A DNA stretch of 64,000 nucleotides from Limisphaerales bacterium. Its GTDB lineage: Bacteria; Verrucomicrobiota; Verrucomicrobiia; Limisphaerales; JADJPG01. Both the position numbers and the translations under genes were made by a program. Where the stretch lies: NCBI GenBank assembly GCA_044230345.1, contig JBGARF010000035.1, forward strand, positions 60,403-124,402, in the 5' to 3' direction. Below the pieces are notes generated by a model. It searched no databases. It was not told where the DNA came from and worked only from the letters and a program-made list of their open reading frames with translations. Within the stretch, counting starts at the first letter, position 1, and the number at the start of each line of letters is the position of its first letter. Positions 63,925 through 64,000 of this stretch are shown here, in pieces.

Positions 63925-64000
63925 AAATGGAAAAGCGATTGCGAAACAAACAATTGGATCAACCTGATCTCCGCTCGCGGTGACACTCGGCGAATGCCAG

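Overview
High-GC (judged by eye, not computed) chromosomal segment. It looks like a PVC-superphylum, most likely verrucomicrobial, genome. The evidence is two PVC-type CxxCH heme-binding dehydrogenase-like proteins, tandem autotransporter-associated beta-strand-repeat (PATR) proteins, WD40-fused kinases, lamin-tail/CotH giants and dense REP-like hairpin repeats. All calls come from reading the supplied translations and the DNA; no homology search was possible.

Gene content, left to right:
- A formaldehyde-dehydrogenase-like gene with its 5' end outside the window.
- A GAF-only protein translationally coupled to catalase HPII.
- A relic of an FAD oxidoreductase.
- The known four-gene ligase-associated DNA damage response cluster (exonuclease, ATP-dependent ligase, Lhr-type helicase, PdeM). 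All its junctions are 4-nt overlaps.
- Two paralogous LuxR-type two-component pairs. One histidine kinase carries a roughly 700-aa extracytoplasmic WD40 sensor.
- A 1.4-kb repeat-rich gap.
- Two tandem PATR paralogs with a conserved leader.
- A Ser/Thr kinase with an extracytoplasmic WD40 domain.
- A co-oriented run of three very large exported proteins of unknown function (1217, 1161 and 1780 aa).
- A SAM-dependent methyltransferase flanked by two ~190-nt copies of the giant gene's promoter, leader and first codons.
- An orphan ECF sigma factor.
- A Dabb protein plus a PVC heme protein, and a divergent AraC regulator.
- Two LamG-containing giants, one with six lamin-tail domains and a CotH domain.
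- A 1314-aa PVC heme protein fused to a PmoA-like (DUF6807) domain.

No rRNA, tRNA, CRISPR array, transposase or integrase was recognised.

The best candidate for an undescribed system is the 30.2-44.9 kb block: three giant envelope proteins, the duplicated leader, the methyltransferase, the ECF sigma and the adjacent WD40 kinase. Its function cannot be assigned from sequence alone.
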